Positions 55,231 through 60,567 of a stretch of DNA of 60,567 nt are shown piece after piece; position 1 is the stretch's first letter; every line of letters begins with the position of its first letter. This DNA comes from Flavobacteriales bacterium. Its GTDB lineage: Bacteria; Bacteroidota; Bacteroidia; Flavobacteriales_D; Crocinitomicaceae. The translations under genes were made by a program, and so were the position numbers. A model generated the notes under the pieces. That model was not told the origin of the DNA, did not search any database, and saw only the letters and a list, made by a program, of their open reading frames with translations. The stretch lies in NCBI GenBank assembly GCA_947453715.1, contig CANGHX010000001.1, positions 1 to 60,567 on the forward strand. Reading direction: 5' to 3'.

Positions 55231-56763
55231 TTATTCCCACTCGATTGTTGCTGGTGGTTTAGAGCTAATATCATAAGTTACTCGGTTAATCCCTTTCACT
55301 TGGTTGATGATTTTGTTCGAAATTTTAGCTAAAAACTCATACGGTAAATGACACCAATCTGCTGTCATTCCATCTGTAGAACTAACAGCTCTCAAAGCAA
55401 CAGCATTTTCATATGTACGTTCATCTCCCATTACACCAACTGATTGAACTGGTAAAAAGATTGCACCTGCTTGCCAAACATCGTTATATAAACCATCTTC
55501 TTTCAAGCTAGAAATGAAAATATGATCAACTTCTTGTAAAATCCTTACTTTTTCAGCTGTTACTTCACCTAGAATACGAATTCCTAAACCTGGACCAGGG
55601 AAAGGATGTCTATTTAAAATCGCATCAGCAATATTTAACGATCTACCTACTCTTCTTACTTCGTCTTTGAACAATAAACGTAATGGTTCAACAACTTGCA
55701 ATTTCATATAATCAGGTAATCCACCAACATTATGATGTGATTTAATCGTTTGAGAAGGTCCTCCATTTACAGACACAGACTCAATCACATCTGGATAAAT
55801 AGTACCTTGTCCTAACCATTTTGCGTCTTCAACTAATTTTGATTCTTCATCAAAAACATCAACGAAAACTTTACCAATAGCTTTTCTTTTTAATTCAGGA
55901 TCAGTTAAACCACTCAAAGCAGCATAGAATTTAGACGAAGCATCAACTCCTTTTACATTCAAGCCCATTCCTTTGTATGACTCTAGAACTGATTCAAATT
56001 CATTTTTACGTAATAATCCGTTATCAACGAAAATACAATGTAAGTTCGAACCAATTGCTTTATGTAACAATACTGCCGCAACAGATGAATCAACACCTCC
56101 TGATAAACCTAGAATAACTTTATCTGTTCCGATTTTTGCTTTTAATTCTTCAACTGTAGAATCTACAAATGAATCTGGCGTCCAACTTTGTGAACACTCA
56201 CAAATATCAACGATAAAATTTTTCAAAAGAGTTGCACCTTCTAATGAGTGATAAACCTCTGGGTGAAATTGAATACCATATGTTTTCTCACCTTGAACAT
56301 GATAACCTGCAACTTCTACATCTGAAGTACTTGCAATGATTTCATAATGAGAAGGAACTTTTTTAATTGTATCTCCATGTGACATCCACACTTGAGAACC
56401 ATTCGTCATTCCTTTTGTTAATTCATGTGATTGATTTACGAAAGAAAGATTTGCTCTACCATACTCTCTAATTGTTGATGGTAAAACTTCACCACCATAA
56501 TTTAAAGACAAAAGTTGAGCACCAAAACAAACTCCTAATAATGGGAATTTTCCTTTAATTTCAGACAAATCAGGTTTAGGAGCATTCTCATCTCTTGTTG
56601 AAAAAGGACTTCCTGACAATACAACACCTTTAATATTCTCTGTTAAAGTTGGAACTTTATTCCAAGGATGAATTTCACAATAAACATTTAACTCTCTTAC
56701 TCTTCTGGCAATCAGTTGAGTATATTGCGATCCAAAATCTAAAATTAAAATCATTTCTTTCAT
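55231..56763 (-). CDS. guaA: glutamine-hydrolysing GMP synthase
   Basis: GATase domain (LGVCFGAQ), ATP-PPase SGGVDSS motif and C-terminal PPATIEWE; 510 aa. Confidence 0.95.
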   Translation of the reverse strand: MKEMILILDFGSQYTQLIARRVRELNVYCEIHPWNKVPTLTENIKGVVLSGSPFSTRDENAPKPDLSEIKGKFPLLGVCFGAQLLSLNYGGEVLPSTIREYGRANLSFVNQSHELTKGMTNGSQVWMSHGDTIKKVPSHYEIIASTSDVEVAGYHVQGEKTYGIQFHPEVYHSLEGATLLKNFIVDICECSQSWTPDSFVDSTVEELKAKIGTDKVILGLSGGVDSSVAAVLLHKAIGSNLHCIFVDNGLLRKNEFESVLESYKGMGLNVKGVDASSKFYAALSGLTDPELKRKAIGKVFVDVFDEESKLVEDAKWLGQGTIYPDVIESVSVNGGPSQTIKSHHNVGGLPDYMKLQVVEPLRLLFKDEVRRVGRSLNIADAILNRHPFPGPGLGIRILGEVTAEKVRILQEVDHIFISSLKEDGLYNDVWQAGAIFLPVQSVGVMGDERTYENAVALRAVSSTDGMTADWCHLPYEFLAKISNKIINQVKGINRVTYDISSKPPATIEWE

Positions 56764-56767
56764 GGCG

Positions 56768-56775
56768 CAAAGATA
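56768..56775 (-). promoter_or_regulatory. -7 box TATCTTTG upstream of guaA
   Basis: Exact TAnnTTTG match on the minus strand, only 4 nt from the ATG at 56763. Confidence 0.4.
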
Positions 56776-56930
56776 AGAGTAATATGTTTCTTTAAAGTTG
56801 ATTTTTTAAGAAAACTTTTTTTTTTTTAAAGGTTAATAAGTTAATAAACCTACTATAAAAAATAAAGTTAATTATTAAGCCATTTTATTATAACGAAAAT
56901 TTTGATAAATAACAACCCTTCCAAATTAAA

Positions 56931-57647
56931 TTATAAAAGTACATTGATTAATTCTTCATAAATACCTTCCATTCCATTAACCGCTGTTTGTTGAACAAAT
57001 TGGATATTATTAACTCCTAAAGTTTGTGAAACACAATTAGGATCTATCAAGATCACTTGACATTTTTCAGTAACATATGACGGAATTTCATTTGCTGGAT
57101 ATACCTGTAAAGATGTACCAATTATAACGCAAATATCACACTCCATAACATATCGAATAGCTTCATCAATTTTGGAATCTTCTAACATTTCTCCAAACCA
57201 AACAATATGTGGCCTTAATTGGCTTCCTTTTTCACACTTATCATTTAAATGAATGGATTCTGTACATTTATAAATCAACTTTGAATCTATCGTTGATCTC
57301 GATTTCATCAATTCACCATGTAAGTGTATAATTTTAGATGAACCTGCTCGTTCGTGTAAATCGTCTACATTTTGTGTAACCACAACAACGTTATAAAACT
57401 GTTCCAACTGCGCAATCAATTCATGCGCTTTATTTGGCTTTGCAGCTTGACATTGTTCTCTTCTTAAATTATAAAAATCAAGCACTAATGAAGGATTCTT
57501 ATGCCATGCTTGAGGCGTGCAAACATCTTCGATTTTATAATTATTCCATAAACCATCCTTACTTTCTCGAAAAGTTTGTAAACCACTTTCTGCAGAAATA
57601 CCTGCACCTGTAAAAAACACGATTGACTTTCGTTTCATAGAAATCAA
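56931..57647 (-). CDS. cobB: NAD-dependent protein deacylase (sirtuin, CobB type)
   Basis: GAGISAESGLQTFR, TQNVDDLHERAG, HLHGEL and PHIVWFGE align closely with E. coli CobB as I recall it. The start may instead be the ATG at 57638. Confidence 0.85.
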   Translation of the reverse strand: MISMKRKSIVFFTGAGISAESGLQTFRESKDGLWNNYKIEDVCTPQAWHKNPSLVLDFYNLRREQCQAAKPNKAHELIAQLEQFYNVVVVTQNVDDLHERAGSSKIIHLHGELMKSRSTIDSKLIYKCTESIHLNDKCEKGSQLRPHIVWFGEMLEDSKIDEAIRYVMECDICVIIGTSLQVYPANEIPSYVTEKCQVILIDPNCVSQTLGVNNIQFVQQTAVNGMEGIYEELINVLL

Positions 57648-57650
57648 TTT

Positions 57651-60567
57651 TTAAGCTTCAATTTCAATCGAACTATATCCTGCAGAAGTTCGGTTGAGTT
57701 TAATTTTTGTTCCGATTCGCTCTTTTAATTCTCCCACATGCGAAATTATACCAATTGATTTATTTGACGTATTTTGCATATGTTCTAAAATGGTTATCGC
57801 TTGATCCAACGATTCAGGATCCAACGTTCCAAAGCCTTCATCTATAAATAATGATTCAATATTGATGTTTTTAGCTGCCAAATCAGATAAACCAAATGCA
57901 AGCGCTAAACTCAACTTAAAAGTTTCACCTCCTGATAATGAAGTTACAGCACGCTGAGTTGACCCCATATAGGTGTCGATAACTTTCAACGCATCTGATT
58001 CTCCATCAACCTCCATTAAATAACGATCTGAAAAAGCAATCAATCGTTTGTTTCCAAATTCTATTAATTGTTTCAACGTTAAATCTTGAACAAAATTGGA
58101 GAACTTTTTTCCTTGAGCATCACCTATTAAAAGATTCATTTTTGACCATAATGCCAAATCTTTATTCAAACGATCTAAAATCAATTGATTCGCTTGTTGT
58201 TTCACTCTATTTTCTTGATCTATCTCTAATTGTTTATTTAATTCCCAAATCTCTTTTTTCAAGATTTCGACTGAATCCAAAAGTGATTGAATCTGAATTA
58301 CCAATTCATCTAGTGTAATCGATTTATCATTTTTTAGTAAAGCTTCATTTAATTCTTTCTCTACTAATTCTGAATTGGTTTTTAAAGCAACTTCTTTTTC
58401 CGATAATGCTTTTAATCTTTCTCTATATTGATTGGCTGTTCCTTCTTCTAAAATTTTGGATTCTAACTCTTCAATTTCGCTTAATCCTTGAATTTTGATT
58501 TCAGATAATAACTTTTCAGATATTGATTCTTGGTTTTGTTTTAAAACTTCTAAATGATTCGTGTTCTTTTCGAGTGATTCTTTCGTGATTGTGATTTTAG
58601 TTTGATATGAGTTCCATTTTTCAATTAACTTATTCGTATCTAAATTGATATCCACCCCACTATATTTCTCTACTCTTTTTGTTTGAATTTCAATTAACTC
58701 AAACGTTAATTTATCAATTTCTGATTTTAATAAAATCAATTCTTTCAACGTTACTTGACTAGCTAATTTGCGTTCTAAATTGGATAACTGTTTCATTTCT
58801 TCATCAATAGAATCAGACAAAACCATCCATTCTTCCAATGATTGCTGTATATTCCAATTGAGTTCTTGACAAAGTTGATCAATTTGTAATTCAACAACTT
58901 TAAAATCATTCGTTTTTTGAATTAATTCTAACGAATCTGTCTCAATTGAGCGAGTTAAATTTTGATTATTTACTTCTATTTTTAGTTTTTCATTCTTTTT
59001 TTCATCGAATTGCTTTTTCAATAAATCAACTTGACTTTGCAACACATCAATCAATACTTCTTGATGATTTTTTAAATAAGGATGATCAATTGCTCCACAC
59101 AAAGGACATGGGCAATCTTCTTTTAAACCAACACGATAAGCTTCTAAACTTTTAACTTTATTTGATTCATTTAAATTCAAAATAGCTTCTTCTAACCTAG
59201 GCTCTAAATTAGCAAGTTCTTCACTCAATTTAACAAAATCAATCGTTTTTTCCTTCAACAAATCTGATTGTTGCGTTACTTTTTTGGAAAGTAACTCTAT
59301 TGACTTTTGTTGTTCGTTGAATAATTTTCGATTGCCTATTAAACTTGTAGCAGGAATCTTTAAACGTAATAATTGATCTAGTTTTAATCGTATATTGTCA
59401 ATAGAATTAATATTCAACTTAATTGATTGTAATTCAATTTGCTCCAATTCTTGCTCAACTTGTAATTGAAACTCATCATTTTCAATTAAAGAAAAACCAT
59501 TACTATTCAATTGTGTAATTTTATCCTGAACAACTCTTTTTTCTGCAGAAACTTTTTGACTTTTCTCTTTTTCTAAATCAACTAATTTTTGAACCTCTAC
59601 TCGAAAGTTTTCAATTTGAGAAACATATGAATCTTTTGAAATTAAAGAACTGATAAATACACCCGTTTTATGAATAAAATCAACTTGTTCATTTTGTAAC
59701 TTCTGATCAAATTCTGTTAATTGAACAAGTTCTTTTGATGCATCTGAAATTTCTTTTTCTAATTGCCTAATCTTGATCAATTGATCTTTGAAAACAACAT
59801 ATTTAGTATGTTCCTCTAATAATATTAAAACTGCTTTAAATTGTTCTTTTTCAATCAACAACAAATCCCAATCTACTTTGAGATCTTGTTGTTTTTTTAA
59901 ATTCAATTGAATTAATTGTTTAATATTCTTTTTTTCTTCTAATTCACCTTTTAGAGCCTGCTGAGAATTTAAAATTGGCGTCTTAGAACTTATTTGAACT
60001 TGAATCTCTTCTATCTCCTCATCTGTCAACAACACTGTTTCCATTCTTATCTTTTGATCTGAAACAGCTTTTTCTGCAGATTTAAATTTTAGAAAAGCAG
60101 TTCTCCCAATTGTACGATAAATAGACGTGCCTGTAATATCTTCTAACAATTGATTTCTTTCATCCCTTTTTGCCAATAACAATTTTGAAAACTGGCCTTG
60201 CGCCAAAATCATAGATTGAACAAATTGCTCATAATTCAAACCTATAATTCCCTCATTTTCTTTCGGAACTTGAGATATACTGCTCGAAATAATTGTATTA
60301 CTATTAGTTACATCTGTTAAAATATGTAAACGTTCGGTTAAAGTATTGTTTCGTGTTTTTTTGATTGACCAACTAGAACGATAAAGATTCTCATTTACCA
60401 AATATTCAACTTCTGCATAACAATCATCTGTATTTTTTGTCAACACAACCCCTTCCTCTTCAATTACTTTTTTAGAAATCGAAGATGAAATTCTAGGTAT
60501 TCTATTAAATAATGCCAATGTTATCACATCCAAAATAGTCGATTTACCTGCACCAGTTGGACCTGTA
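57651..60567 (-). CDS. sbcC: SbcC/Rad50-family DNA repair ATPase, N-terminus cut by the window end
   Basis: The frame stays open to the window end, where it reads TGPTGAGKSTILDVITLALF (Walker A). It has a long coiled coil with a CPLC zinc hook, an LSGGE signature and an LFIDEGFGTLD Walker B. Confidence 0.9.
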   Translation of the reverse strand, partial: TGPTGAGKSTILDVITLALFNRIPRISSSISKKVIEEEGVVLTKNTDDCYAEVEYLVNENLYRSSWSIKKTRNNTLTERLHILTDVTNSNTIISSSISQVPKENEGIIGLNYEQFVQSMILAQGQFSKLLLAKRDERNQLLEDITGTSIYRTIGRTAFLKFKSAEKAVSDQKIRMETVLLTDEEIEEIQVQISSKTPILNSQQALKGELEEKKNIKQLIQLNLKKQQDLKVDWDLLLIEKEQFKAVLILLEEHTKYVVFKDQLIKIRQLEKEISDASKELVQLTEFDQKLQNEQVDFIHKTGVFISSLISKDSYVSQIENFRVEVQKLVDLEKEKSQKVSAEKRVVQDKITQLNSNGFSLIENDEFQLQVEQELEQIELQSIKLNINSIDNIRLKLDQLLRLKIPATSLIGNRKLFNEQQKSIELLSKKVTQQSDLLKEKTIDFVKLSEELANLEPRLEEAILNLNESNKVKSLEAYRVGLKEDCPCPLCGAIDHPYLKNHQEVLIDVLQSQVDLLKKQFDEKKNEKLKIEVNNQNLTRSIETDSLELIQKTNDFKVVELQIDQLCQELNWNIQQSLEEWMVLSDSIDEEMKQLSNLERKLASQVTLKELILLKSEIDKLTFELIEIQTKRVEKYSGVDINLDTNKLIEKWNSYQTKITITKESLEKNTNHLEVLKQNQESISEKLLSEIKIQGLSEIEELESKILEEGTANQYRERLKALSEKEVALKTNSELVEKELNEALLKNDKSITLDELVIQIQSLLDSVEILKKEIWELNKQLEIDQENRVKQQANQLILDRLNKDLALWSKMNLLIGDAQGKKFSNFVQDLTLKQLIEFGNKRLIAFSDRYLMEVDGESDALKVIDTYMGSTQRAVTSLSGGETFKLSLALAFGLSDLAAKNINIESLFIDEGFGTLDPESLDQAITILEHMQNTSNKSIGIISHVGELKERIGTKIKLNRTSAGYSSIEIEA

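Noticed and set aside
56816-56827. T12 homopolymer (A12 on the guaA strand) between cobB and guaA as a possible phase-variation tract
   Set aside because: It lies about 40 nt upstream of the putative -7 box, outside the -33/-7 spacer and outside any ORF. Length changes would therefore not obviously switch expression. Long A/T runs are common in this AT-rich genome, and nothing can be tested from a single sequence.

Overview
AT-rich (roughly one-third GC by eye), densely packed chromosomal segment that looks like Bacteroidota, class Flavobacteriia. Supporting signals: T9SS cargo with type A and type B C-terminal sorting domains, a PorX-like regulator, the rpmB-rpmG-DUF4295 cluster, TAnnTTTG -7 promoter boxes, and a fused E1 alpha/beta dehydrogenase. 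I call about 53 protein genes, mostly housekeeping: lpxK, lpxH, gatB, tsaE, rluF, rpmB, rpmG, def, ruvX, grpE-dnaJ, ftsY, icd, dapD, hemF, guaA, cobB and sbcC. I saw no rRNA, tRNA, CRISPR array, transposase, integrase or reverse transcriptase. Four parts look accessory. (i) Two adjacent giant T9SS type-B adhesin-like genes (2231 and 1260 aa) share a C-terminal cassette, are built from tandem ~70-aa modules, and are preceded by two small translationally coupled ORFs. (ii) A predicted operon joins a secreted SBBP-repeat protein to VTC and DUF4956 proteins. (iii) A lone GIY-YIG nuclease ORF is bracketed by inverted copies of a small hairpin. (iv) There are two families of short dispersed structured repeats: a hairpin with an invariant 12-nt loop and co-varying stems, and a CCTCC/CCTCC/GGAGG element. 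I did not find a convincing multi-gene defence island or other clearly novel system, so the findings are leads with deliberately moderate scores. All product calls come from motif recognition by eye on the supplied translations. No searches or folding programs were run, and start codons are approximate where noted.
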